This document shows, in pieces, positions 25,774-36,666 of a DNA stretch of 64,000 nt (position 1 is its first letter; each line of letters starts with the position of its first letter). The position numbers and the translations under genes are program-made. Source of the DNA: an uncultured Methylomirabilota bacterium. GTDB lineage: Bacteria > Methylomirabilota > Methylomirabilia > Methylomirabilales > 2-02-FULL-66-22. The notes below the pieces were generated by a model, which was given only the letters and a program-made list of their open reading frames with translations, was not told the DNA's origin and did not search any database. The DNA lies in NCBI GenBank assembly GCA_963705305.1, contig OY970067.1:4736001-4800000 (forward strand), given 5' to 3'.

Positions 25774-25803
25774 AAAAAAGCGCCCCGAAGGCCTTCGGGG
25801 CGC
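25774..25803 (-). terminator. Terminator-like hairpin between rplT and pheS
   Basis: Perfect palindrome GCGCCCCGAAGGCCTTCGGGGCGC followed by T6 on the minus strand. Confidence 0.75.
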
Positions 25804-25826
25804 CTGGGAGAGGTGCGATCCGGAGG

Positions 25827-26186
25827 CTACGCGGCGGCCTGCTTCTTGGCCATCTCCGCCAGCGTATTGAAGGCGGCCGCATCGCGGACCGCCAGGTCCG
25901 CCAGCATCTTGCGGTCGACCGTCACCCCCGCCTTGCGCAGTCCGCCCATCAGGCGGCTGTAGGAGAGACCGCACAGGCGCGCCGCGGCGTTGATGCGGAC
26001 CACCCAGAGGTTCCGGAAGTCCCGCTTGCGATTGCGCCGATCCCGGTAGCTGTACGCCAGGCCCCGATCCACCGCCTCCTGGGCGCTGCGGAAGGCGTTC
26101 TTCCGCTTGCCCCAATAGCCCTCCGCCTGCTTCAGGACGCGATTGCGGCGCTGGCGTGTCTTGAACCCACCCTTTGCACGTGGCAT
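25827..26186 (-). CDS. rplT: 50S ribosomal protein L20
   Basis: MPRAKGG...[24 protein letters not shown]...DRKMLADLA. Confidence 0.98.
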   Translation of the reverse strand: MPRAKGGFKTRQRRNRVLKQAEGYWGKRKNAFRSAQEAVDRGLAYSYRDRRNRKRDFRNLWVVRINAAARLCGLSYSRLMGGLRKAGVTVDRKMLADLAVRDAAAFNTLAEMAKKQAAA

Positions 26187-26228
26187 GGCTGAAACTCCTT
26201 GCGGCTTGCGCTGCTCCGATCCCGAGTG

Positions 26229-26427
26229 TTACCCGTACGGAAACAACACCCGCATGCGCTTGACGTCTCGTGGGATCGACCAGAGTCCCCTGGCGCAGCT
26301 TGCGCATGCGCTTGGTGGACTTGCCGGTCAACAGATGACTCTTGGACGCGTGCCAGCGGCGCAGCTTCCCGGTTCCCGTGGTCTTGAACCGCTTCGCCGC
26401 TCCGCGGTTGGTCTTCATCTTCGGCAT
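26229..26427 (-). CDS. rpmI: 50S ribosomal protein L35 (apparent single-base frameshift near 26270)
   Basis: [15 protein letters not shown]...TLVDP, then [12 protein letters not shown] in the shifted frame; span 199 bp = 66 codons + 1. Confidence 0.93.
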
Positions 26428-26534
26428 GGAACCACTCCTCTCCTCGCCAACAACCGATGTCAACTGGGCAACGCGCCGCGGAAGCCGACGGGCCCGGATC
26501 GCGCCCGGTTCCGGCCCACCGCGGGCGCCGGGTC

Positions 26535-27044
26535 TCAGTGCTTGGGAGCCAGGATCAGGCTCATGTTCCGGCCCTCGACCTTGGGGGCCTGCTCCACCAC
26601 CGCCACGTCCTTCAGTGCCTCGACGAACCGATCGAGGAGTGCCTTGCCCCGATCCATGCGCACCATCTCGCGCCCGCGAAACATCATCGTGATCTTGGCC
26701 TTGTTCCCTTCCTTCAGAAACCGTTCGGCGTGGCGGGCCTTGAACTGGAAATCGTGCTCCTCGGTCTTCGGCCGGAGCTTGATCTCCTTCAACTCGATGA
26801 CGGTCTGCTTCTTCTTGGCCTCCCGGGCCTTCTTGCTCTGCTCGTACCGGTACTTGCCGTAATCCATGATCCGGCAGACCGGCGGCCGGGCCTCGGGCGC
26901 CACCTCGACCAGGTCGAGGTTCTGGCTGTACGCCATCTGCAGCGCCTGCTCGGTGGGCAGGATGCCGAGCTGGCTTCCGTCGGGGCTGATCACCCGGACT
27001 TCCCTGATGCGGATCCGCTCGTTGACGCGCAGGCCTTTGCTGAT
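26535..27044 (-). CDS. infC: Translation initiation factor IF-3 (ATC start)
   Basis: GGAGG SD then ATC-AGC-AAA ([12 protein letters not shown]), [22 protein letters not shown]. Confidence 0.96.
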   Translation of the reverse strand: MSKGLRVNERIRIREVRVISPDGSQLGILPTEQALQMAYSQNLDLVEVAPEARPPVCRIMDYGKYRYEQSKKAREAKKKQTVIELKEIKLRPKTEEHDFQFKARHAERFLKEGNKAKITMMFRGREMVRMDRGKALLDRFVEALKDVAVVEQAPKVEGRNMSLILAPKH

Positions 27045-27080
27045 GACGCCACCCTCCCGCCGCGATCAGGGGCCGCCTGG

Positions 27081-29075
27081 TCAGGCGGCCTGCGGCGCGT
27101 TCTCGGAGGCCAGCAGCCGGACGAACTCCGCCAGGGGCGTGGCGCCGCGATCCTGGCCGCCCCGCGCGCGGACCGACACCGTCCCCGCCGCCGTCTCCTT
27201 GTCCCCCACCACCAGGATGTACGGAATCTTCTGCAGCTCCGCTTCCCGGATCTTGTACCCGATCTTCTCGTTGCGGCTGTCCACCTCGGCCCGCAGCCCG
27301 TCCCCCACGAGCCGGGAAACGACGCCGGCCGCGTACTCGTGATGGCGATCCGCCACCGGCAGCACCCGGGCCTGCACCGGGGCCAGCCACACCGGGAACG
27401 CCCCTCCATAGTGCTCGATCAGGACCCCCAGGAAGCGCTCCATGGACCCCAGCAGGGCGCGGTGCACCATGTAGGGCCGGTGCTGCCGGTTGTCCTCGGC
27501 CACGAAGGTGATCCCGAACCGCTCTGGAAGATTGAAATCGAACTGGACCGTGGTGCACTGCCAGGGACGGCCCAGCGCGTCCTTGACCTTGATGTCGATC
27601 TTGGGGCCGTAGAAGGCGCCGCCGCCCGGGTCCACCTCATACGACTGGCCGGCGCGCTCCACCGCCCGCTTCAACGCCTCCGTCGCAGCGTCCCAGTCGC
27701 CTGGCTCCCCCACGAACTTCTCGGGACGGGTGGCCACGTACACCTCGTAGTCCGTGAACCCGAAGGTCCGCAGGAAGAACAGGCTGAACTTGACCGCTCG
27801 GGTGATCTCCTCGTCCATCTGCTCGGGCGTGCAGAAGATGTGGGCGTCATCCTGGGTGAATCCCCGCACCCGCAGCAGACCGTGCAGGACGCCGGCCCGC
27901 TCGAACCGGTACACCGTCCCCAGCTCGGCAAACCGCAGGGGCAGGTCGCGGTAGCTCCGCACCTTGGACTGGTAGATCATGATGTGGAAGGGGCAGTTCA
28001 TCGGCTTGACGTAGTACTCGTTCCCCTCCCCCTCCATCCGAGGGTACATGAGCTCCTTGTAGAAGTCCAGGTGGCCGCTCACCTCCCACAGCTTGCCCCG
28101 GCCCACGTGGGGGGTGTAGACGATGTCGTACCCGTTCCGCAGGTGCTCGCGCCGCCAGAAATCCTCGATGAGCGTGCGAACGATTCCCCCCTTGGGATGC
28201 CACAGGATCAGGCCGCCGCCGACCTCGTCGGCAATGCTGAACAGCTCCAGCTCCTGCCCGAGCCGCCGGTGATCCCGCCGCCGGGCCTCTTCCTGCCGTG
28301 CCAGGTGCACATCCAGGGCGGCCTGGCTGGCAAAGGCGGTGCCGTAGATCCGCTGGAGCATGGGACGGCGCTCATCCCCCCGCCAGTAGGCCCCGGCGAT
28401 GTGCGTCAGCCGGAAGGCGGTGAGCCACGAGGTGTCCGGAACGTGCGGGCCGCGGCAGAGGTCCGTGAACTCCCCCGTCTGGTAGAAGCTGACGGCGCCC
28501 GCTCCCGCCTCGGCCTCGCCGGCCAGCTCGTCGTCCGACGCGGCCTCCGCCCCCTCGGGGCGCGAGGTGCCGGTCCGCCGGATCGTCTCCAGGATCTCGA
28601 CCTTGTAGGCCTGCCCGTGCTCCCGTGCCCAGGCCAGGGCCCGATCCATGGGCAGCTCGCGGCGCTCGTAGCGGAGGCCCCGGTCGGCCAGCTCGCGCAT
28701 CTTGGCCTCGATGGCGGGGAGGTCTTCCGGAACCAGGGCGCGCGGAAGCTCCATGTCATAGTAGAAGCCGTCGTCGATGGCGGGGCCGATGGCGAACTTC
28801 GCCTCCGGGAAGAGGGCCTGCACGGCCGCGGCCATCAGATGGGCTGCGCTGTGCCGGAGGATCCGGAGCCCCACCGGCGAGTCGGCCGGCACCAGGACCA
28901 GCCTGGCCCCCGCCGGCGCGGGTGTCATGAAGTCCAGGATATGGCCGTCCCACGCGGCGGCCACGGCACCCCGCACGGCGGCGGCCCCGAACGAGGGGAG
29001 ACTCGCCAGGATCGGCTGCTCCGCCGGGACGGAAACCCGGCGGCCGTCGGCCAGCATCAATTCGGCGTCAGCCAT
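27081..29075 (-). CDS. thrS: Threonine--tRNA ligase
   Basis: [54 protein letters not shown]. Confidence 0.97.
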   Translation of the reverse strand: MADAELMLADGRRVSVPAEQPILASLPSFGAAAVRGAVAAAWDGHILDFMTPAPAGARLVLVPADSPVGLRILRHSAAHLMAAAVQALFPEAKFAIGPAIDDGFYYDMELPRALVPEDLPAIEAKMRELADRGLRYERRELPMDRALAWAREHGQAYKVEILETIRRTGTSRPEGAEAASDDELAGEAEAGAGAVSFYQTGEFTDLCRGPHVPDTSWLTAFRLTHIAGAYWRGDERRPMLQRIYGTAFASQAALDVHLARQEEARRRDHRRLGQELELFSIADEVGGGLILWHPKGGIVRTLIEDFWRREHLRNGYDIVYTPHVGRGKLWEVSGHLDFYKELMYPRMEGEGNEYYVKPMNCPFHIMIYQSKVRSYRDLPLRFAELGTVYRFERAGVLHGLLRVRGFTQDDAHIFCTPEQMDEEITRAVKFSLFFLRTFGFTDYEVYVATRPEKFVGEPGDWDAATEALKRAVERAGQSYEVDPGGGAFYGPKIDIKVKDALGRPWQCTTVQFDFNLPERFGITFVAEDNRQHRPYMVHRALLGSMERFLGVLIEHYGGAFPVWLAPVQARVLPVADRHHEYAAGVVSRLVGDGLRAEVDSRNEKIGYKIREAELQKIPYILVVGDKETAAGTVSVRARGGQDRGATPLAEFVRLLASENAPQAA

Positions 29076-29090
29076 GGGACTCCGCACAAC

Positions 29091-29126
29091 AAAAAAGCAT
29101 CACGATACCGCCCGCATCGTGATGCT
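29091..29126 (-). terminator. Terminator-like hairpin after tRNA-Val
   Basis: AGCATCACGAT...ATCGTGATGCT followed by TTTTT. Confidence 0.7.
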
Positions 29127-29163
29127 GAGATCACTCACTATGCCGTCACGGAACAAGAGATGG

Positions 29164-29238
29164 TGGTGGGCACGGGTGGTTTCGAACCACCGACCTCTTG
29201 CGTGTCAAGCAAGCGCTCTCCCCCTGAGCTACGCGCCC
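29164..29238 (-). tRNA. tRNA-Val(GAC)
   Basis: CTTGC TTGACAC GCAAG anticodon arm; CCA; upstream TTGACA-16-TATAAA at 29284-29311. Confidence 0.95.
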
Positions 29239-29374
29239 ACGCCCTGTCTCCGGGCAGGCCATAAAGACGCAAAACAAAGGATATTTATACCCGAAAGCCC
29301 AAATCTGTCAAGGGAAAAGGTCCCTTGCAGGCCGGCGTCGGGAGCCGCTCCGGTCATCCAAGATTTGGACCGCC

Positions 29375-29432
29375 TTGGTGCGGGAGGCGGGACTTGAACC
29401 CGCACGGGCCGAGGCCCACAAGATTTTAAGTC
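29375..29432 (-). repeat. att site: 58-bp duplicate of the tRNA-Leu(TAA) 3' portion
   Basis: Identical to 56788-56845 (TTGGTGCGGGAGG...AGATTTTAAGTC). Confidence 0.95.
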
Positions 29433-29510
29433 GAAACCCCGCGTGAGCGGACCATACAGGAAAACCGGGGAGTTGGCAAGGGAATCACGGGGTTTCGCGT
29501 TTATCGCTCG

Positions 29511-29777
29511 TTGGTTCTTGTTGGGAGTTTTCCGGTGTTTCAGAAGCCACTTTGGCACAATCCTAGGCACAGCAACCTGGAGGCCCGGCTCGCCCGCCGC
29601 CTGTATGATGTGAAGCAGGCTGGGGTGTTTCTCGGGGTCTCCGCCTGGACCGTGCGTGAGCTCATTTGGCGGGGGGACCTCCCGAGTATCCGGGTCGGTC
29701 GATTGCTTCGCGTGGATCTGCAGGACCTTGAGTCGTTTATCGCCCGGAACCGCACCGACGGGGCCGCCAAGTCGTGA
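29511..29777 (+). CDS. Excisionase-like HTH DNA-binding protein (start uncertain)
   Basis: LYDVKQAGVFLGVSAWTVRELIWRGDLPSIRVGRLLRVDLQDLESFI; adjacent to att. Confidence 0.8.
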   Translation: MVLVGSFPVFQKPLWHNPRHSNLEARLARRLYDVKQAGVFLGVSAWTVRELIWRGDLPSIRVGRLLRVDLQDLESFIARNRTDGAAKS

Positions 29778-29808
29778 CGGCCCCCGCGCAACCGGAAAGG
29801 GAGACCGG

Positions 29809-30123
29809 GTGAACTACGGCGGGAACTCGCAGGACGAGATGGAAGTCACGATCCGGCTCGATCGCCAGGATCGGCAAGCGCACATCTGCTCCACCTGGCC
29901 GGAGTGGAGCCGGAAGCTCGAGCGGCTGTACGGGGCCCCGAAGCAGGTCACGGAGCGCGACGGGAAGGCGACCTCGGCCTTCTGGGTGGTTCCCCTCCCC
30001 GCGATCCGAGTGCGCCGGCCAGGGCCCGGTCGGGCGGGGACCGTGGAGCAACGGCGCGCGGCGGCAGACCGCCTCCGGACCGCCCGCTCTGCCCGAGGCC
30101 GCCCAGCGAACACTCTGGCCTGA
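29809..30123 (+). CDS. Hypothetical protein
   Basis: AAGGGAG SD + GTG; globular-looking NYGGNSQDEMEVTIRLDR...STWPEWSRKL. Confidence 0.55.
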   Translation: MNYGGNSQDEMEVTIRLDRQDRQAHICSTWPEWSRKLERLYGAPKQVTERDGKATSAFWVVPLPAIRVRRPGPGRAGTVEQRRAAADRLRTARSARGRPANTLA

Positions 30124-30239
30124 CGCCCGATCGCCTCGGGGTGGCGCATGTAGCCGCTCCGGGGGTCCCGGGGAATGAGCTTCACCCTGGCGCGCGGCCG
30201 GCGGCGGTCGGGTCAGCTGCGATGCAAGGAGATGCGCTC

Positions 30240-30951
30240 ATGCCTACCGTCCAGCACGAGATCCGTTCTCTGACCGCGGAGGAACCTGACCCGCCTCCGC
30301 CGGTTCGCCGAATCTCGGGCAACCCAGGCCCGCCAGCAGGGCACTACAGGGCCGATCCGGTCCTGGGGCCTGCTCGACCCCCTTCTCTCTTCCGGCCTCC
30401 GGGCCTCCGAGGTGGCCGGCCCCCAAGTCCGGGACTGCCTCCTGGGCTACGGCCAGGCCTCACTGGCGGTCCGCCAGGGCAAAGGGAACAAGCAGCGGGA
30501 GGTCTTCATCCCCCCGGACCTCAAGACGCACCTGAAAGCCTTCCTGACCTGGAAGCGGGACCTTGGGGAGAATGTGTCCGAGGAGGCCCCGGTCTTCCTC
30601 GGCCAGCGGGGGCCCCTCACCCGGAAGGGGGTCTGGCGGGTGGTGAAAGGCCTCATGGCGGCCGTGGGGCTGGATCCCCGGTACGCCACTCACAGTTGTC
30701 GGCACACCTACGCCACCCACCTGGACCGGGCCAGCGGGAACGACCTGGCGGTCGTCCAGGAGTAAGTGGTGCACGCGAGCATCAAGGCGACCACGATCGA
30801 CGCCAGGGTCACCAAGGAGGACAAGCTGCGGGCGGCCAATGCCCTCACCCAGCTCCTCCACAACTCGCAACAGAAGAGAACTGGTGCGAGTTGGCCCCTC
30901 CGACGCCCCGGAAGTCCCGGAGATCCGTCACGAAGTGTTGCGAGATCCTAA
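30240..30951 (+). pseudogene. Xer-like tyrosine recombinase pseudogene
   Basis: SGLR..E, VRQGKGNKQREV, HSCRHTYAT motifs split by frameshifts; stop in QE*VVHASI; catalytic Tyr position reads TTID. Confidence 0.85.
30862..30944 (+). repeat. Tripartite site, copy A (inverted copy at 44162-44247)
   Basis: AACTCGCAACAGAAGAG (17 bp identical), TGGTGCGAGTT, then GTTGCGAG after 44 bp in both copies. Confidence 0.8.
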
Positions 30952-31302
30952 GCCTTTCTCTCGGAGCCTCCGAGCTCCGTGCACTGCCTGGTCCATACAA
31001 GAGCGTCCGTAACCTCTGTCCAGTCTATATAAGCATGGCTCGAAGTACCCGCCCGAGGAATCAATGCGGGTGCCACTCCTTCGGCCGGAGTGCCAGTTGC
31101 GTAAGCGTCGGCCCACCCCCGACAGCGTTGGGTAGTGGCTGCAGACCGCTGCGCTAATGAGTCTGGGTGTGGTCAGGAGCGACACCAACACCACAGCCCT
31201 GGCCTGGTTAGCCAAGGGGTCCGGCCGAAGCAGGAGCAATTGGCTGCGGCTCTCACCTGCCGGATCACCCCGGACTACCCGTACCTGCGGGGCCTCGACG
31301 TG

Positions 31303-32466
31303 TCATCCTGAATCGCCCAACCGCCGTCCCCACAGGTGGGCCGCTCCCGCCCCCAGGGCCATGACGGCCGCCGCGACCCCAAAGATGCCGCGATAGCCGA
31401 TCCACTCCCCGACAGCCCCGAGACCCACGGTGGCCAGGACCACGCCTAGGTCGGAGGCCGCGGAGTAGAGTGCCACGGCCCACCCGCGGCGATGGCGGGG
31501 GAGGCCGATCAGGAGGGAGGCATACAGGACCGGAATGGCCGCTCCGTGCGCAGCCCCGCAGGCGAGAGCGACGAGGGCCAGGCGGAGTGCGCCGTGCCCG
31601 AAGGGGAGCGCCGCCAGGCCGGCGGCCAGGACCCCATACGCGGGGAGAAGCATCCCCGGTTGCACCAGGCGGCTCACCCCGAGCCCGCCCGCTAGGCGCA
31701 CAACGATCAGTCCGAGGTAGTACGCGAAGAAGAACAGGCCGACCCGCCCCGGGGCGGCGGCGATCCGGGCCACGGGGACGAAGGTGGAGAGCGTGCCGAA
31801 CTCCCACCCGACCAGCAGGGTCCCCAGCAGGAACGGGCCCGACCCGGTCGGGACCCCCTGCAGCGATATTGGCCGCTCGGCGCGGGGCCGCGCCGTCTCC
31901 GGGAGCTGCAGGACCAGCAGGAAGCAGGCGGCCAGGGCGAGGGCGGCGACGCCGAAGAGGGGGAAGAAGCCAGCCCGGCGGACGAGGGCCTCCCCGAGCC
32001 CGGGGATGAAGGTTGGGCCCAGGTTGATCCAGACGGTGTAGATCGCGTACACCCGGGCACGAGCCTCTGGCGGGCTCAGGTCGGCCACCACCGCGCCCAG
32101 GCCGGAGTCGATGCAGGAAGTCCCCATCCCCTGCAGGACACGCCAGAGGAAGAATATCACGCCGAAGCGCGGGAACGCGAAGAGGGACAGGGTACCCAAC
32201 AGTGCCAGGAGCGCGCCCGCCCCGGTCACCCAGCGCCGACCGACGCGGTCCAGGAGTCGGCCCCCCACCGGGCGGGCCACCAGGGAGCCCGCCCGGAGCA
32301 GACCCATCACGAGGCCGATCTGCGCGGGCGAGCCGCCGAGTTGCAGGAGGTAGACGGGGAAAAGCAGGAAGAGCGCGCTCGATGAGTTGAACAGGAAGGT
32401 CGCGGCATTCGTCAGCCGGAACGCCGCATGAAAGCGATGGGGCCCGGACGGCTTCACCACAGCCAT
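31303..32466 (-). CDS. MFS transporter
   Basis: ~12 hydrophobic segments; motif A GRLLDRVGRR. Confidence 0.85.
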   Translation of the reverse strand: MAVVKPSGPHRFHAAFRLTNAATFLFNSSSALFLLFPVYLLQLGGSPAQIGLVMGLLRAGSLVARPVGGRLLDRVGRRWVTGAGALLALLGTLSLFAFPRFGVIFFLWRVLQGMGTSCIDSGLGAVVADLSPPEARARVYAIYTVWINLGPTFIPGLGEALVRRAGFFPLFGVAALALAACFLLVLQLPETARPRAERPISLQGVPTGSGPFLLGTLLVGWEFGTLSTFVPVARIAAAPGRVGLFFFAYYLGLIVVRLAGGLGVSRLVQPGMLLPAYGVLAAGLAALPFGHGALRLALVALACGAAHGAAIPVLYASLLIGLPRHRRGWAVALYSAASDLGVVLATVGLGAVGEWIGYRGIFGVAAAVMALGAGAAHLWGRRLGDSG

Positions 32467-32794
32467 GGCCCCCCCGCTAGGATTTGCCAAGCTGAATCGG
32501 GCCTGGGTCTCTCTCCAGCGCATCCGGGTTCAGGGCGATGGAGACTCCGGCCGCGATACTTCCTCACTTCCCCTCCCTCACCCAGGGCCACAAGATGTTT
32601 CATTGACTCGCTCTATCCACGGAACCGGTAGATCAGGCCGCTGCTCGCGCTGTGCTGTTCCTGGATGGTGGACGAACCGCCTATCCTGTTGCGAAGTCCT
32701 GGGCTCGGCCGAAAGGATTCCGGGAAGGCGAGAACGGATGGGATCTTGCTGACCTCCGCCCCGTCCCCCCGCCGAACAGCTCCCCTGGTCTGGG

Positions 32795-33619
32795 TCACAT
32801 GAGCGGGCCCGGGTAGACCCGCGGGATCTCCACAGCCTCGCAGGAGACGGCCGTGACCCCCGGGACGCGCTGGGCCATGGCGGCGGCGGGCTCGAGCTCG
32901 GCTTGGCTAAACACCACGGCTTGCAGCACCACGTGGCCCGTCTTCGCGGTGACCTCGATGTTGAGGTTTTGGGTCTCCGGATCCGTGGCGAGGGCGGCAC
33001 GCACCTGGGCTGCCAGGCTGAGGTCACGAATCCGCTGCAGCGAGTCAGGCGTGGGCTGATACCGGGGGTGGCGGGCCGCCGCCACCAGGAAGTCGGCGTA
33101 GAAGGCCCAGGCATCGTCTTGGGTGTTGAGCACCAGGTCGTAGTTCTCGGGCCGGGTCCAGTCCACCCCGAACAGGTAGTCGATGCGCCCGGCCATCTCC
33201 CGGTCGTAGGCGCGGACCTTGGCCAGGGCGGCCTTATGGTCCAAGCCCTCCTGCCCCATGACCCGGCGCACGCGTACCTCGACGGGGGCCATGATCCGCA
33301 CCTTGAGGGCGTGCTGGATGCCCCGGACAAAGAAGGGACCGCTGCGGCTGGCCGTGACCAGGTTCCCCCGCTCGGCGAAGGTGTAGTAGGCCGCCTCCAG
33401 GAAGGTGAGATAGCGGCGCCGCTCGGCATCGAAGCGTTCCCACAGGGACGGGCGGCGCGCCACCACATCGACGAGCGTCGCCTCCGGCACCCCATGGGCG
33501 TGCGCGGCCTCCAGGAGGATCTGCCGATCCACGTACTCGAAGTGCAGGGCCTTCGCCACGGCGGCCCCGATCTCGTAGCCCCCGCTCCCCATTTCCCGGG
33601 AAATCGCCACGATCGTCAT
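32795..33619 (-). CDS. Cytidylate-kinase-like family protein with C-terminal BON domain
   Basis: MTIVAISREMGSGG, YDLVLNT; C-terminal LAAQVRAAL...GHVVL...VPGVTAV. Confidence 0.8.
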   Translation of the reverse strand: MTIVAISREMGSGGYEIGAAVAKALHFEYVDRQILLEAAHAHGVPEATLVDVVARRPSLWERFDAERRRYLTFLEAAYYTFAERGNLVTASRSGPFFVRGIQHALKVRIMAPVEVRVRRVMGQEGLDHKAALAKVRAYDREMAGRIDYLFGVDWTRPENYDLVLNTQDDAWAFYADFLVAAARHPRYQPTPDSLQRIRDLSLAAQVRAALATDPETQNLNIEVTAKTGHVVLQAVVFSQAELEPAAAMAQRVPGVTAVSCEAVEIPRVYPGPLM

Positions 33620-34415
33620 GGCTCGCCCTCCTTGCGCCTTTCGGACGCGGCTACGGCTGCCCGGCGGGGCGGCGTCCGGCTGGGGCGTCTCTCGGCACCG
33701 CCATCTCTCCCCGGCGTCCCTGTGAAGGATCGCACCCTTCGGCGGGGAGCCGATGCGCGCCCTCGTCGTGAGCGCCTCCCCCTTGGGAAATGACTCCGTC
33801 TCGCCGCCAGCGTCCGGCGCTTTGCCTCCTTGGATCGTACCGCACTCATGGCTATCGCTCAAGATGCGCGGTTGCTGGGACGGCGGACCCCGGCCCCTGC
33901 CCCCCCTGCTCGGCAGCGCGCCTGCGCCCCGGGCGTGACGTGCCTTGTGCTCAGACCGAGCGCCACAGGCCGGGAGGCTGAGGAGGGCCGCCCGGCCCCT
34001 TCTCCCCGATGGACGCGAGGGGCCCCGGAAATCCCGGGCCGGGGCTGGACCAGGCTGGTCGTCCCCTCCGGATTTCCGACGGCGAGGCCTGGCCGGGGCG
34101 GGCCCGGCGGGGCCAACTCGCACCCCTCCGGCTGTTCCGTTACGACTCCGGGGCCTCAGGCTGGCTCGCCCTGGCGGCTGAGGGGCGCCGAGAAGTGCTG
34201 GCAGGCGCGGGTCCCCCCTTTCCCCTGCGGGACGTCGCACGGCTGCGTTGGTCCCCGACACTCCAGCCCCGAAGCGATCACCCTCCGCGGTTCGTACGAA
34301 TCCCCGATCTGGAGGCCGACTCGCGCCGCCACGATCCACGTCAGGACCCACCCTGGGTGGCGATCGACCAGCGCCTCCCCCGCTTCCCTCCGGATATCGC
34401 ACTCCCCTCAAGCGC

Positions 34416-35663
34416 TCAGGCCACCGACGGCGGCTCGGCGACGGGATCAGGTGACGCGGCCCACCCCCGCCGTCCCAGCAGGCCGAGGCCCAGGACCGAG
34501 GCCAGGGCCAGCCCGCCCGCCAGGCCGTACGCCGCCGAGACCCCGACCCAGTCCGCGGTCGTGCCCACGAAGAGCGCCCCGAAGGGCGTGCTGCCGACAA
34601 ACACGAAGGCGTAGACGCTCATGATCCGGCCCCGCATCCGGTCCGGGACCACCAGCTGCAGCGTGGTGTTGCAGGCTGCCGTGAACACCATCTGGGCAAA
34701 CCCGACGCAGGTCAGGGCAAGCAGGGCGACCGAGAAGTGGCGGATTCCCGCGAGCAGCAGTGTGAAGCCCGCCGCGGCGCCGGCGGTCCCCAGGAGCAGG
34801 GCGAAGGGCGGGCGGCCCGTCAGCAGGGTCGCCAGGGCCAGCGCCCCGACGATGGCGCCCGTGCCCACGGCGGCCATGAGGAGGCCGAAGCCGTGGGCTC
34901 CCTGGTGGAGCACGTCCCGGGCCAGCAGGGGCACCAGGACGTTGTGGTTCATGACGAAGAGCGCGACGGTCAGCAGAAGGCTCAATGTCAGGGCCACGAG
35001 CGGGGTGTGGACCACATAGCGGAGGCCGGCGGTGATCTCCTCCCGGACGGTGGTGCCCTGTCGGGGGCCCGGCAAGCCGTCGGCCTCCATGGCCGCCAGG
35101 GCGAGGATCACGGCCACGAAACTCACGCCGTTGAGGCCGAAGGCCGGGGCGGTGCCATACCGGTCCACCACGAAGCCGGCGATGGCGGGGCCCACCATCC
35201 GGGCGCCGTTAAACATGGCCGAATTCATGGCGATGGCGTTCGGGAGGTCCTCCTTGCTCGCCATCTCCACGACGAACGCCTGCCGCGTGGGCATGTCGAG
35301 GGTATTTGCCAGGCCATAGCAGGTCGCCAGGATGGCGACGTGCCAGTACTGGACGACGCCCGCCCACACGAGGGCGGCCAGGACAAACGCCTGGCCCATG
35401 AGGGCGGTCTGCGTGCCGATGATGACGCGGCGCTTGGGCAACCGGTCGGCGATGGCCCCGGCCACGAAGGCGAAGCAGAGCATGGGTGCCGTCTGGAGCG
35501 CGCTGATGAGCCCCAGCTTGAAGGGCGAGTTGGTCAGCTCGAGGACCAGCCACGCCTGCGCCACGCTCTGCATCCAGGTGCCGATGAGCGAGATGAGCTG
35601 GCCGGCGAAGAAGAGGCGGTAGTCCCGATGGTTGAGGGCACGCAGCCCGGTTGGGAATCGCAT
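34416..35663 (-). CDS. MFS transporter (MFS_3/DUF894-like)
   Basis: ALNHRDYRLFFAGQLISLIGTWMQSVAQAWLV, DMPTRQAF, FNGARMVGP. Confidence 0.88.
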   Translation of the reverse strand: MRFPTGLRALNHRDYRLFFAGQLISLIGTWMQSVAQAWLVLELTNSPFKLGLISALQTAPMLCFAFVAGAIADRLPKRRVIIGTQTALMGQAFVLAALVWAGVVQYWHVAILATCYGLANTLDMPTRQAFVVEMASKEDLPNAIAMNSAMFNGARMVGPAIAGFVVDRYGTAPAFGLNGVSFVAVILALAAMEADGLPGPRQGTTVREEITAGLRYVVHTPLVALTLSLLLTVALFVMNHNVLVPLLARDVLHQGAHGFGLLMAAVGTGAIVGALALATLLTGRPPFALLLGTAGAAAGFTLLLAGIRHFSVALLALTCVGFAQMVFTAACNTTLQLVVPDRMRGRIMSVYAFVFVGSTPFGALFVGTTADWVGVSAAYGLAGGLALASVLGLGLLGRRGWAASPDPVAEPPSVA

Positions 35664-35915
35664 GGATCGATCTGCCACGACTCGCGCGGGCACCGCCATT
35701 CGCAGGTGGGTCTGGACCGGTTCACGCTGCTGCCTTCGCGCGGCCGGCGGCGCGGGGCCGCGGAACGCAGGCGGGAGCCTACGCCCCGCGGGCCGGGCGT
35801 GTCAACGGGAAACGCGGGGCTGGCTGACCCCGGTGTGGAGGTCGCGCCACTTGGACGAGGGCGGCAGGGCGCCCTGCGCCGCCCGGCCCCTCTTGACGCC
35901 GGTGCGCTTCCCGGG

Positions 35916-36338
35916 TCAGCCCCCCTTCCTCCACTTCTTCGGCGTGTGCTCCCGCTCGCGCGCCGCGCTCCCGCGGACCGAGTCGAGGACGGTCAGGAGG
36001 GTTTCGAGGCGGACCGGCTTCAGGAGGCAGGCCGCGGCACCCGACTGGTAGGCAAAGCGGCTCAGCGCAGTATTCTCCGCCCCCACCAGGAAGACCACCG
36101 GCATCGGTGCGGTGAGCGGGTTCGCCTTGAGCTGCCGGAACACCTCGTAGCCGTCGAGATCGGGGAGGCGGACGTCCAGCAGGATGACAGCCGGCCGGAG
36201 GGTGGCCGCCAGGTCGAGCGTCTCCGTCCCGCTGGCGGCCTCGAGGATCCTATACCCCGCCCGCTCGAGCATTGCCCGCCCGAGGGCCCGGAAGTCCGCG
36301 TCGGGGTCCACGAGGAGCACGCACGTCGTTCGCGCCAT
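35916..36338 (-). CDS. Single-domain response regulator receiver
   Basis: VLLVD, ILLDVRLPDLDGYEV, CLLKP. Confidence 0.85.
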   Translation of the reverse strand: MARTTCVLLVDPDADFRALGRAMLERAGYRILEAASGTETLDLAATLRPAVILLDVRLPDLDGYEVFRQLKANPLTAPMPVVFLVGAENTALSRFAYQSGAAACLLKPVRLETLLTVLDSVRGSAAREREHTPKKWRKGG

Positions 36339-36362
36339 GGTCGGTCCTCGCCTCGGTCGGGG

Positions 36363-36662
36363 CTAGGGGCCCGGCCGCTTCACGAGCCAGTATGCCATGC
36401 TCCCCAGCCCCGCCAGGCCGCCCAGCCCGAAGAGGGCCTTGTCGACCTCCCGGAGCGGATGCCAGACCCGCTCGGCCCCGGGGATGCTCAGGAAGATCGC
36501 CAGGGCCCAGAGGAGGAGGCACCGCAGGGTGACCCCCTCCCAGTCAGGCCGCTGCCGCCGGATACAGCCCCAGAGGAGCTCCAGGCCGATCCAGGCCAGC
36601 AGGGCGAGCGGGAAGGTGCCCAGGAGGGTGGCGCGGAGCGCCGCGAGGTATGGAGCGAGCAT
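36363..36662 (-). CDS. Small membrane protein, hypothetical
   Basis: Three hydrophobic segments; GGAGAGG SD upstream of ATG. Confidence 0.55.
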   Translation of the reverse strand: MLAPYLAALRATLLGTFPLALLAWIGLELLWGCIRRQRPDWEGVTLRCLLLWALAIFLSIPGAERVWHPLREVDKALFGLGGLAGLGSMAYWLVKRPGP

Positions 36663-36666
36663 GGGG

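Noticed and set aside
24727..27558. 943-aa ORF apparently fusing L35 to PheS
   Set aside because: Produced by the single-base rpmI frameshift plus stop-poor GC-rich frames; infC, rpmI, rplT and pheS are separate genes.
22147..29264. Very long alternative-frame or antisense ORFs (847, 912 and 935 aa)
   Set aside because: Shadows of pheT, pheS and thrS in high-GC DNA; low-complexity R/G/P/A translations with no motifs.
29375..29432. Possible extra tRNA-Leu gene
   Set aside because: Only the 3' 58 bp are present, with no D-arm or 5' acceptor strand; it is the att duplicate.
33620..34415. 601-aa ORF extension or structured RNA in the 800-bp GC-rich gap
   Set aside because: The real gene begins at MTIVAISRE (33619); no recognisable riboswitch or protein motif upstream.
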